64,000 bases of DNA, from contig NZ_JAXFPT010000048.1 of assembly GCF_034179595.1 (NCBI RefSeq), forward strand, positions 27 through 64,026, read 5' to 3'. Positions within the stretch are counted from its first letter, which is position 1; each line of letters starts with the position of its first letter. Shown here in pieces: positions 1 to 9,355 of the stretch. The translations under genes were made by a program, and so were the position numbers. Source of the DNA: Clostridium sp. GTDB taxonomy: Bacteria > Bacillota > Clostridia > Clostridiales > Clostridiaceae. The notes beneath the pieces were generated by a model. It did no database searches. It was given only the letters and a program-made list of their open reading frames with translations, and was not told the origin of the DNA.

Positions 1-2
1 AG

Positions 3-488
3 GTAAAATATTTTAATAAAATAGATAAGATCTTAAATACTTGTGAAAATACTGGAAAAGGATTCATGTATCAGGACTTTATTTTAGTGTTTTTAAGAGA
101 ACATGGAATAAGTATAGTACAACAAAATAAAACTCATGATGGTGGATTAGATATAATAGGAACAAAAAAGATATGCGTTATAGATAATATTTATGCAACT
201 CTAAATATATATGGACAAATTAAATTTTATAATGGGGTTGTTACACTAAATGAAATTAAACAATTAGTTAAAGATAAGATTTATAGAGTTTTATATGAAA
301 AAAACAATATAATGGAATGTAATAAAGCAATGTTTATTAGTCATAAAGGTTTTTCTAATAATGCAAGAGAGTTTGCAAAGAACAATGAGATTATATTACT
401 TGATACAGAAGAAATTTTAACACAAATATTTATTAGTAAAAAAAATTTGAGCTTAAAAATTATTGATAAATATAGTAAAGATAAATAA
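3..488 (+). CDS. Mrr-like (type IV restriction) PD-(D/E)xK endonuclease domain protein, probably 5'-partial
   Basis: Frame is open from base 3 (VKYFNKIDKILNTCENTGKGFMYQ...), so the gene may start upstream of the window. THDGGLDIIG...GQIKFY and FISHKGFSNNAREFA...IILLD match the Mrr catalytic domain pattern. Confidence 0.7.
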   Translation, partial: VKYFNKIDKILNTCENTGKGFMYQDFILVFLREHGISIVQQNKTHDGGLDIIGTKKICVIDNIYATLNIYGQIKFYNGVVTLNEIKQLVKDKIYRVLYEKNNIMECNKAMFISHKGFSNNAREFAKNNEIILLDTEEILTQIFISKKNLSLKIIDKYSKDK

Positions 489-679
489 ATTTTAAATATA
501 TTATTAAATTGTGTGTGTAAAAAAAATATATTTTAAGTAATTATATTTTTTATAAGGATTTATAAATAAATTTTATATTTTTTATGTGTGTGTAAAAATA
601 AAAAGATAAGTAAAACACTAATAAATGAGAGTATATCTAAGTTTTAAGTGTTTACACAAATGTATAAGTGAGTATAGGG
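481..679. mobile_element. Putative right end (attR-like) of an element inserted in topB
   Basis: Non-coding segment ending where topB similarity begins (~680). Contains TGTGTGTGTAAAAA at 510-523 and 585-598, inverted TTTACACA at 651-658, and GAGAGTATATCTA at 627-639 (repeated at 684-696). No recombinase gene lies in the window. Confidence 0.55.
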
Positions 680-2314
680 GAAGGAGAGTATATCTATCGA
701 TTAGTTGATGATTTATCTGGAAATCCACAAAAAGAAAAATTACGTGTATGGATTGATTCTCAAACAGAAGAAGAAATAAAAAGAGGTATAAAAGAAGCAA
801 AACCTCTAGATGAATATGATTCTTTAGCACATTCAGCATATTTAAGAGCAAAGGAAGATTACATAATAGGAATTAATTTCTCAAGGTTACTAACACTTAT
901 ATATGGAAGGCAAGTATCTAACATATTAAAAAAAGATAAAAATTCAGTTGTAGCTGTTGGAAGAGTTATGAGCTGCGTATTAGGTATGGTTGTTGATAGA
1001 GAAAGAGAAATCAGGAATTTTAAAAAGACATCATTTTATAAAATATCAGGAAGCTTTAGTCGTAAAGAAAAAGAAGAAGATATACAAGGTGAATGGAAGG
1101 CTTTAGAGAAATCTAAATATAAAGATTCACCTAAGTTATATAATGAAGGTGGATTTAAGAAAAAAGAAGATTGTAAACTTCTTATAAAAGAGCTAGAAAA
1201 GTTAGAAGAAGGAATAATTTCAAATATAAAAAAGACTAAGGAAAATAAAAATGCACCACTTTTATTTAACTTAGCTGAGCTTCAAAATGAATGTTCTAAG
1301 AAGTTTAAGATAAGTCCAGATGAAACTTTAAAGCATCTTCAAACTTTATATGAGAAAAAGATGGTTACATATCCTAGAACTGATGCTAGAGTTTTATCTA
1401 CAGCAGTTGCAAAAGAAATTAAAAAAACAATAATTAAGTTATCTAATATGGAGATTGGAGAAGAGATAAAAGGCTTTATTAATACTATATTAGAGAAAAA
1501 CTTTGATAAGACAATTATAAAAAGTAAGTATGTTGATGATAAGAAAATAACAGATCACTATGCTATAATTCCTACTGGTGAGGGTAACTTTACTATAAAT
1601 TCATTAAAAGAAATAGAAAGAAAGATATATTTTTTAATACTTAGAAGATTTATAGCTATATTTTACCCTAAAGCGCAATATAGTAAGCAAGCTATAACTA
1701 TAACTGTAGGTGATGAGCCTTTTTATATAACTAAAAAGGTTTGTGTTGAAAGAGGATATTTAGATGTTTTAGAGAGTAAAAAAGAAAAAGAAATTGATGA
1801 ATTTCCAAAAGATTTAAAAAAGGGTGAAAAGGTAAATATAAACTTCTTAGAAATGAAAGAAGGGGAGACTAGTCCTCCTAAAAGATTTTCAACAGGATCA
1901 ATAATAATAGCAATGGAAAATGCAGGTAAGCTTATAGAAGATGAAGAATTAAGAGAGCATATAAAAGGTGCAGGTATTGGTACATCAGCAACTAGAGCTG
2001 AGATATTAAAGAAATTAATAAATATTGATTATATTAAATCAAATAATAAAACACAAATTTTAACTCCGACAGAACTTGGGGAAATGATTTATGAAGTAAT
2101 AAATGTTTCTATACCATCTCTTTTAAATCCAAAGCTTACGGCATCATGGGAAAAAGGTTTAAAACTTGTGTATGAAAAAAGCATAGAGCCTGAAGAATTT
2201 ATGCTTAAATTAGAAGCATATACAAGAAAATCAACATATACAGTTTTTAAAGATAATAAATTAGCATTATTAAATAGAAAACTTTTAGAAGTTAAAAATG
2301 TATATAACAATTAA
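668..2314 (+). pseudogene. topB: DNA topoisomerase III, 3' part only (N-terminal Toprim region missing)
   Basis: Similarity begins at EGEYIYRL (normally CTDSGREGEYIYRL). Has GRVMS, LQTLYE..TYPRTD (catalytic Tyr), DHYAIIPT and GIGTSATRA motifs. In-frame TAA at 665-667 and no RBS before the GTG at 668. Confidence 0.85.
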
Positions 2315-2321
2315 AATTTAT

Positions 2322-2356
2322 AAAAAAAGAAACCTAAAGATTAGGTTTCTTTTTTT
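2322..2356. terminator. Bidirectional intrinsic terminator (topB / lrgB)
   Basis: AAAAAAAGAAACCTAA-aga-TTAGGTTTCTTTTTTT between convergent genes. Confidence 0.85.
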
Positions 2357-2369
2357 ATATCTATACTTT

Positions 2370-3098
2370 TTAATGGAATAATAAATTGTATACAGATACT
2401 GCAATATTAAATGCTAAAGGTGCAATAAACACTGTCATTGTACCTGAAATACCTATTGAAAGTGAACTCATAGCACCTTCAGTTTCTCCGATTTCTAATG
2501 CTTTTGTAGTACCGATAGCATGTGATGCTGTACCAAGAGAAATACCAACTGCAATTTTATTTCTTATTCTAAATATCTTTAATATTGTAGGTCCAATTAT
2601 TGCACCGATTATTCCGGATAAGATAATTGCAAGTACAGTAACTGGTACTATTCCGTTAAGTTGTGCACTTATAGCCATACCTATTGGAGTTGTTACAGAC
2701 TTAGGTATTAATGATTTAACTATTGATATATTAAGTCCTAGTAAGTGTGATAATAATATTATTGAAAAAATTCCGATAAGTGTTCCAAAGAATATTCCAA
2801 TAAATATGGCGATTGCATTTTTCTTTAATGCTTCTATTTGTTTATAAAGAGGAACTGCTAATACTACTGTTGCAGGTCCAAGGAACATATTTATAAATTT
2901 ACCACCTTGATTATATGTATCAAAGTCTATGTGGAATACTTTTAAAAATAAAATTACAAGAATTATTGCTATAAGTAGTGGATTAAATATAGGTATTTTT
3001 GTCTTTTTGTAGATAAACATTCCAATCTCAAATGCGATAAGAGAAAGGAAAATACTAAAAAGTATAAGTATGTTTTTATCGCTTAATAATGCATTCAT
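2370..3098 (-). CDS. lrgB: LrgB/CidB family membrane protein
   Basis: FLGPATVVLAVPLY, PKSVTTPI and GTASHAIGT motifs; hydrophobic; follows lrgA. Confidence 0.9.
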   Translation of the reverse strand: MNALLSDKNILILFSIFLSLIAFEIGMFIYKKTKIPIFNPLLIAIILVILFLKVFHIDFDTYNQGGKFINMFLGPATVVLAVPLYKQIEALKKNAIAIFIGIFFGTLIGIFSIILLSHLLGLNISIVKSLIPKSVTTPIGMAISAQLNGIVPVTVLAIILSGIIGAIIGPTILKIFRIRNKIAVGISLGTASHAIGTTKALEIGETEGAMSSLSIGISGTMTVFIAPLAFNIAVSVYNLLFH

Positions 3099-3099
3099 C

Positions 3100-3468
3100 C
3101 TATTGTTCTCCTTTCTTTTTCTTGTTTAATAGGTTAACTATAAATTGTACAATCAAACCAGTTGAAGCAATAACTATTGCTGTAGTAACTATACAAACTA
3201 TTATGATTTGTATTATACTTGATTTTAAAAGTCCAAGAGAAGTCATTAAGTTAACTCCTGCAGGAATAAAGAAAAAGGCTAAATGGTCTAAAAAGAAAGT
3301 TGATACTGTATCTACTTGTTCAACTTTTATTATTTTTGTACAAAGTGCTACTAGAAGTAATAATAGACCTATTATGTTTCCTGGAATTGGAATGCCAGTT
3401 AAGGAAACTATCGCATCCCCTATTAAACATATTGCAAATATGATAAGTGCTTCTCTAAATAATTTCAA
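3100..3468 (-). CDS. lrgA: CidA/LrgA holin-like protein
   Basis: IPIPGNIIGL and FFIPAGV motifs; 122 aa, hydrophobic. Confidence 0.9.
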   Translation of the reverse strand: MKLFREALIIFAICLIGDAIVSLTGIPIPGNIIGLLLLLVALCTKIIKVEQVDTVSTFFLDHLAFFFIPAGVNLMTSLGLLKSSIIQIIIVCIVTTAIVIASTGLIVQFIVNLLNKKKKGEQ

Positions 3469-3643
3469 GTCAATCTCCCCTTAGTATTATGTATTACTAT
3501 ATAAATGTATCACTTTAGAGAAATTAAGTAAACAGTTGATTAAGCTAGAAAAATCAAGGGTTTGCAAGTTACAAATATTTACAAACCCTTTATAAATGTT
3601 AATGAAAATGTTATCAATAGGATATCTTTTTAAATATTGTTAA

Positions 3644-4438
3644 TTATTTTTTTACATATTTATTCTCAATAATAGCTACAAATTTATACATTATAAAAGC
3701 GATTATGGAAAGAATTACAATACTCATCATTACCATATCAAGCTGTGATATTTGTCCACCATAAACTATTAAAAAACCAAGTCCTTTTCGTGCAACTAAA
3801 AATTCTCCCATTATAACACCTACCCATGATAATCCAACATTTATTTTTAGTGCTGATATTAATGTTGGTATACTATAGGGGAATATTAGATATCTTAATA
3901 TTTGAAATTTTGATGCTTGGAATGTCTCCATAAGTAATAGTTTTTCTTTATCTATTTCATTAAATCCAGTATATACGCTTATAATTGTTGTAACAACTGA
4001 TATAAGAAGTGCAATTACAATTATAGCAGTTATACCATTACCAGCCCAGAAGATGATTATTGGGGCAAGGGCAACCTTTGGAAGGGCATTTAAAACAACT
4101 ATATAAGGATCTAATACTTTTGAAGTAAATGGACACCACCAAAGAATAATTGCAATGATAGTTCCTATAATAGTTCCTAAGATAAATCCAATAATTGTTT
4201 CATAACAAGTGATAGCAATATGACTCCATATAGTTCCATCAGAAATAAAAGACAAAAGAGATGAAAATATCCTAGATGGTGAAGATGTTAAGAATGGATC
4301 TATAAATTTATAATCAGCTAAAACTTCCCATAATATTAAAAAGAATAGTAATATAAATATTCTAAAAAGAGATATTTTAAGTTTATCTTTCTTTAATTTC
4401 TTTAAATAAAGCTCGTGTTCTTTACTAATCACTATCAT
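3644..4438 (-). CDS. NitT/TauT family ABC transporter permease
   Basis: NALPKVALAP and GVIMGEFLVARKGLG motifs; start moved to the ATG after a GGAG RBS. Confidence 0.85.
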   Translation of the reverse strand: MIVISKEHELYLKKLKKDKLKISLFRIFILLFFLILWEVLADYKFIDPFLTSSPSRIFSSLLSFISDGTIWSHIAITCYETIIGFILGTIIGTIIAIILWWCPFTSKVLDPYIVVLNALPKVALAPIIIFWAGNGITAIIVIALLISVVTTIISVYTGFNEIDKEKLLLMETFQASKFQILRYLIFPYSIPTLISALKINVGLSWVGVIMGEFLVARKGLGFLIVYGGQISQLDMVMMSIVILSIIAFIMYKFVAIIENKYVKK

Positions 4439-5189
4439 CCAGCTCCTTCCATAGTAAATCAAAGTAGTTTTTAAATTCTGATTCTTTTCTTCTATTAAAT
4501 GGAGTTAAAGGATCATTTTTAAAAGATATTTCTATTTCTCTTTTTATAACAGAGGGTCTTTTACTTAACACAATTATTCTATTTGATGTAGATATAGCTT
4601 CACCGATATCATGTGTTACCATAATTACAGTTTTTCCTTCAAGCTTTATTATCTGATGAATTTCATCACAAACATTAAGTCTTGTTTGATAATCTAAAGC
4701 AGAGAAAGGCTCATCTAAGAATAAAATTTTAGGATTTAATGCAAGTGTTCTAATTAAAGCAACTTTTTGACGCATACCACCTGATAATTCAGTAGGCTTA
4801 TGATCTTTAAATTTAGTTAAATCATAATTATCTAATAAAGCTTCAACCCTAGCTATATTTTCATCAGTAAGTAAGCCCTTAATTTTTAATCCAAGTATTA
4901 CGTTATTCCAAACTGAAGTCCAATCAAAGAGATGATCTTTTTGAAACATATAGCCTATTTTATCTAAGTTATTTCTTATAGGTTCATTATTATAAGTTAC
5001 AGTGCCACTTGATTGTTTTAATAGGCCACTTATTATATTTAAAAGTGTTGATTTTCCACATCCAGAAGGTCCTAGAATGCTTAAAAAATCTTTATCATTT
5101 ACTACAAAACTTATATCTTTAATGGCTTCAGTTTCTCCTTTAAGAGAGTGATAGTTCATTTTTATATTATTAATATTTAATAGAGCCAA
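4425..5189 (-). CDS. NitT/TauT family ABC transporter ATP-binding protein
   Basis: Walker A GPSGCGKS, LSGGMRQ signature, LDEPFSALD. Confidence 0.9.
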   Translation of the reverse strand: MALLNINNIKMNYHSLKGETEAIKDISFVVNDKDFLSILGPSGCGKSTLLNIISGLLKQSSGTVTYNNEPIRNNLDKIGYMFQKDHLFDWTSVWNNVILGLKIKGLLTDENIARVEALLDNYDLTKFKDHKPTELSGGMRQKVALIRTLALNPKILFLDEPFSALDYQTRLNVCDEIHQIIKLEGKTVIMVTHDIGEAISTSNRIIVLSKRPSVIKREIEISFKNDPLTPFNRRKESEFKNYFDLLWKELDDSD

Positions 5190-5286
5190 ATAAATTCACC
5201 ACCTTATTTTATAGAAGATAAAATAGTAATTACTATATGTATAAAGGAGTTATTCCATATAAGGAATAGCTCCTTATTATCATAAA

Positions 5287-6309
5287 TTATTTTTCAGAAG
5301 TAACCTTTTTAGAAAATTCATTATTAACTATATCTTCAAATGGTGGCCTTGATTGAATTAAAGAAGAATCATAATCACTTATTATATCCATAAGATGATT
5401 TAAGTTTTCTTCATTTACAGTTGGATCATCTGCTATAGCGTCTATTTCCTTATAGTTATCAATAACAGAAATAATTATATCTTTATCAGTACCTGGGAAG
5501 AAAGATGAAATAGAATCTGCTATTTCACTAGAAGAATGCTCTTTAAACCAAATTTGGCCTTTATATATAGCACGTGTGAATTTTTCTATTGTATCTTTAT
5601 TATTATCCATATAAGATTTTGTTGAGAAGAAGCAAGTATAAGCTACTTCACCAGATGATTCACCAATTGATGCAACTATATGACCACTACCTTCTTTTTC
5701 AAGCATTGAAGCTGTAGGTTCAAATAATGCTACATAATCTCCAGTACCAGATTTAAAAGCACCAGAAGTTGCTGTAAAATCTAAATTAGTAACCATGTTA
5801 ACATCTTTTTTAGGAGAGATATTGTTTTTATTTAATACATATTCTAAAGCCATTTCAGGAACACCGCCAGGTCTTCCACCTATTATGTCTTTGCCTTTTA
5901 AGTCAGACCATTTAAAGTTTTCATCTTTTTCTCTTGCAACAAGGAAAGAACCATCTCTTTTTGTAAGTTGTGAGAATAAAACAGGATAATCTTCTCTACC
6001 TTGATTATAGATATAAATAACTTGTTCTGGTCCACAAAATCCTATATCAGCATTATTAGACAATACATTTTGCATAACCTTATCTGCACCTTGTCCTGTG
6101 GATAAATCAATGTTTAAGCCTTCTTCTTCAAAGAAACCTTCATTTATTGCAATATACATTGGTGCATAGAAGACAGAACGTACAACTTCATTAAGACGTA
6201 CAGTTTTTAGATTTGAATTATCATTTGGTTTTTCACATCCAATAAGACATATGCATGTTATAAGTAAAATTGCTAGGCTAGAAATTAATAAACTAAATTT
6301 TCTTTTCAT
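5287..6309 (-). CDS. NMT1/THI5-like ABC substrate-binding lipoprotein
   Basis: Lipobox-like LIGC; RSVFYAPMY and GGRPGGVPEM motifs; first gene of the ABC cluster. Confidence 0.85.
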   Translation of the reverse strand: MKRKFSLLISSLAILLITCICLIGCEKPNDNSNLKTVRLNEVVRSVFYAPMYIAINEGFFEEEGLNIDLSTGQGADKVMQNVLSNNADIGFCGPEQVIYIYNQGREDYPVLFSQLTKRDGSFLVAREKDENFKWSDLKGKDIIGGRPGGVPEMALEYVLNKNNISPKKDVNMVTNLDFTATSGAFKSGTGDYVALFEPTASMLEKEGSGHIVASIGESSGEVAYTCFFSTKSYMDNNKDTIEKFTRAIYKGQIWFKEHSSSEIADSISSFFPGTDKDIIISVIDNYKEIDAIADDPTVNEENLNHLMDIISDYDSSLIQSRPPFEDIVNNEFSKKVTSEK

Positions 6310-6405
6310 AAGCACTCCTTTTATAACAAAATAATTATCTGTGTTTTATACTATGACAAAAAGTACTAGATTGTTAAAAGATAGAGCAAACTAAGAAAAG
6401 CAATA

Positions 6406-7377
6406 TCAAGAGATATTGCTTTTCTTAGTTATATAGAAATTTTTAAGTTTTAAGAATATTGCAGCACATAATATAGTTACTCCAATTATAAGAAGTTCTG
6501 ATAATATAAGAACAAATAAATTTGAGTATCGTGCTATTCCACGTCCTATTAATATATTACTTATTGCACCATGAAGTAGATATAATACTAATGAATTTTT
6601 TCCAATAGGAGAAAAAATTGTTCTAAAATTTGGTATAAGTGTTAATATAAATCCACCAATTAAAAATGCCCCTATATAATGGAAAGCTCTTATACATAAT
6701 GGGAATAATAAATCATCATAATAAGATGAGTAAGATGATAGTTCAAATAAAAGCTCTATTTTTATAGAATGTGATAAGGCATAAAGTATAATAAGAATTA
6801 TTATAGAGCCTGCTAAAAGCTTTAATCTATGTTTTTTTAATATATCTACATATTCTTTTTTAAAAGACATTCCAGCTATGAAAAATGGAAAGAAGAAAAT
6901 TGTTCTTGATATACTACTTAAACTTCCAATTGAATTATCAAATCCTAGAATTAATGAAACAATTATTGAACCAATAAGCCATTTTTTATTATTATCAACG
7001 TAATCAGATAATATGTACCAACAAGTTAAAGATAATAAGTACCAAAGAGTCCATTGAGGGTACATAAGTTCAAATTTATAACCATTACATCCTATTATGT
7101 ATTTATAAAATATTATATAGGCTAATTGGGCAAAGAAATATAGTTTAAATGTTGATTTAACTTTCTGTACGGTTGTCCTTTTACTAAGTCTACAAAAATA
7201 ACCGGATACGAAAGTAAACATAGGCATATGGAACATATATAAAAATAATATAAAATAGTGAGTGTTTACATTTTGTGGGCTTGCAAGTTCAAGAGAATTA
7301 CCCGTTATAACGAATAAAATAAGAAGTCCTTTCAAGGTATCAAAATAATAATCTCTATTCTTTAGTTTTAATTCCAT
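6406..7377 (-). CDS. Acyltransferase family 3 (O-acetyltransferase) membrane protein
   Basis: RDYYFDTLKG, YMFHMPMFTFVSG and LWYLLSL motifs; ATG at 7377 has a GGAGG RBS. Confidence 0.85.
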   Translation of the reverse strand: MELKLKNRDYYFDTLKGLLILFVITGNSLELASPQNVNTHYFILFLYMFHMPMFTFVSGYFCRLSKRTTVQKVKSTFKLYFFAQLAYIIFYKYIIGCNGYKFELMYPQWTLWYLLSLTCWYILSDYVDNNKKWLIGSIIVSLILGFDNSIGSLSSISRTIFFFPFFIAGMSFKKEYVDILKKHRLKLLAGSIIILIILYALSHSIKIELLFELSSYSSYYDDLLFPLCIRAFHYIGAFLIGGFILTLIPNFRTIFSPIGKNSLVLYLLHGAISNILIGRGIARYSNLFVLILSELLIIGVTILCAAIFLKLKNFYITKKSNIS

Positions 7378-7536
7378 TATAATCCTCCAAGTATAAATGT
7401 TTACTAGTTTTATATAACAGAAATATAGCATAAATATTAGAATATTACAATTGTAGAAGATTGTCTTTAGAATGATTTAAAGTTAGTAATAAGGTATTAT
7501 TTTTGATATAATAACCAGTATATAAAAAGAGAGGGG

Positions 7537-8181
7537 ATGGATAAAATGATAAAAGCAGTTTTATTTGACTTAGATGGAACTTTATTAGATACTAATGAAT
7601 TAATATATAAATCTTTTGATTATACATTTAAAGAAGGGTTAGGACTTACACTTTCAAAAAATGAAATAACATCATATTTTGGTCAACCATTACCATATAC
7701 TTTCAAAATGTTTACTAAAGATGAAGAAAAGATTGAAAATTTAATACATATGTATAGAGAATATAATGAAAAAATTCATGATAATATGTGTTTTCCTTTT
7801 AAAGGAGTACCTAAGCTTTTAGAGGAACTTAAAAATAGAGGTATAAAATTAGCTATAGTTACTTCAAAAAGAGAAAACTTAGCAAGAAGAGGTATGGAGA
7901 TTGCTGATATAATAAAATATATGGATGTAATAGTTACACCAGAATACACAAAAAAGCATAAGCCAAGTGCAGAACCTGCATTATTTGCTTGCGAAAAATT
8001 AGGTGTTGATCCTAAAGATGCATTAATGGTAGGGGATAGTCATTTTGACTTATTATGTGGAAAAGAAGCTGGTTGTAAGACTTGTGGAGTTAAATATACA
8101 GCATTAGATTTAAAGAGATTAGAAGAGGTAAAGCCAGATTATTTAATAGATTCTCCAGAAGAAATATTAGAATTATTATAA
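7537..8181 (+). CDS. ppaX: HAD-family pyrophosphatase (PpaX-like)
   Basis: FDLDGTLLDT, VTSK, HKP and MVGDS motifs. Confidence 0.8.
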   Translation: MDKMIKAVLFDLDGTLLDTNELIYKSFDYTFKEGLGLTLSKNEITSYFGQPLPYTFKMFTKDEEKIENLIHMYREYNEKIHDNMCFPFKGVPKLLEELKNRGIKLAIVTSKRENLARRGMEIADIIKYMDVIVTPEYTKKHKPSAEPALFACEKLGVDPKDALMVGDSHFDLLCGKEAGCKTCGVKYTALDLKRLEEVKPDYLIDSPEEILELL

Positions 8182-8202
8182 AGAGAAAGGGGAATATATA
8201 TT

Positions 8203-8541
8203 TTGAATATACAGATATTTGGAAGTAAAAAATGTTTTGATACTAAAAAGGCAGAAAGATACTTTAAAGAAAGAAAAATAAAATATTCACTTATAGATAT
8301 GAAAGAAAAGGGCATAAGTAAAGGTGAATTAAATAATGTAAATAAAGTAATTCAGGTTAATGAATTAATTAATCAAAAAGCTAAAGCGTATAAAACTTCA
8401 AATTTAGATAAAATAAGAAGTAATGAAACTAAGCTTGAAATTTTACTTAAAGAACAAAGTTTAATAAAAACACCTATAGTTAGAAATGGAAAATTAGCGA
8501 CGGTAGGGTATAAACCAGAAGTTTGGAAGGATTGGGAGTAA
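8203..8541 (+). CDS. ArsC/Spx family protein
   Basis: KKCFDTKKAERYFKE and LIKTPIV motifs. Confidence 0.8.
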   Translation: MNIQIFGSKKCFDTKKAERYFKERKIKYSLIDMKEKGISKGELNNVNKVIQVNELINQKAKAYKTSNLDKIRSNETKLEILLKEQSLIKTPIVRNGKLATVGYKPEVWKDWE

Positions 8542-8549
8542 TAAAACAT

Positions 8550-9308
8550 ATGAAAAAAAGAGATTTTAAAGGAAGTGTAGTTTTAAATCCAGTTCCAGTA
8601 GTATTAATAACATCAAGAAATAAAGAAGGAAAAGATAATGTATTTACTGTAGGATGGGCAGGAACAGTATGCACAAGACCTCCTATGCTATCAATTTCTA
8701 TAAGGCCTGAGAGACTATCTTATGATTACATAAAAGAGTCAATGGAATTTGTAGTTAATATACCTCATGCAGGTATGACAAAAAAAGTTGATTTTTGTGG
8801 AGTTAGAAGTGGTAAAAAGATAGATAAAATAAAAGAAATGAATTTTACTATGAGAGAATGTGACAACATAAATGTTGCATATATTGAGGAATGTCCAATA
8901 AATATTGAATGTAGAGTAAGACAAATAATTCCTTTTGGAAGTCATGATATGTTTATTGCTGATGTTTTAAGTTCACATATAAATGAAGATCTTATAGATG
9001 AAAAGGGTAAGATTCATTTTGAAAAGGGTGATTTAATAGCATATTGCCATGGAGAGTATTATAAGTTACCTAGAACTTCACTTGGATGCTTTGGACATTC
9101 AGTAATGAAGAAGAAGCAAACAAAACCAAATGCAAATAAAAGTATTAAAGAAAATAAAGATACAAAAGAAAATAAAAAAACTAATAATTTAGATAAAAAA
9201 ACAAAGAATAAAAATAAGTCAAAAGTTAAAAGTTTGGGAAATAAAAAAACTAAGTCTAAGTCTTCTAAAAATAATAAAAAGAGTATAAGCAAAAAAAAGA
9301 AAAGATAA
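8550..9308 (+). CDS. Flavin reductase-like protein with a Lys-rich C-terminal tail
   Basis: NPVPVVLITS, EFVVNIP, IEECPINIECRV and GSHDMF motifs; likely start is the ATG at 8550. Confidence 0.85.
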   Translation: MKKRDFKGSVVLNPVPVVLITSRNKEGKDNVFTVGWAGTVCTRPPMLSISIRPERLSYDYIKESMEFVVNIPHAGMTKKVDFCGVRSGKKIDKIKEMNFTMRECDNINVAYIEECPINIECRVRQIIPFGSHDMFIADVLSSHINEDLIDEKGKIHFEKGDLIAYCHGEYYKLPRTSLGCFGHSVMKKKQTKPNANKSIKENKDTKENKKTNNLDKKTKNKNKSKVKSLGNKKTKSKSSKNNKKSISKKKKR

Positions 9309-9341
9309 AAGAGCGGAAGTTAACTTCCGCTCTTTTATCTT
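9302..9341. terminator. Bidirectional terminator (40-bp perfect palindrome)
   Basis: AAGATAAAAGAGCGGAAGTT|AACTTCCGCTCTTTTATCTT between convergent genes. Confidence 0.85.
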
Positions 9342-9355
9342 ACTCTAAGTATAAA

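Noticed and set aside
505-660. CRISPR mini-array (AAAAC-spacer-GTTTTA appearance)
   Set aside because: There are no two full-length matching repeats with regular spacing and no cas genes in the window. Kept only as a speculative guide-like hairpin.
618-851. 77-aa minus-strand ORF across the topB junction
   Set aside because: Antisense shadow of topB with no RBS or recognisable motif.
2386-2847. 153-aa plus-strand ORF, and similar antisense ORFs (e.g. 3089-3484, 12565-12960, 51390-51728, 52470-53177)
   Set aside because: They lie opposite well-supported genes and are typical shadow frames.
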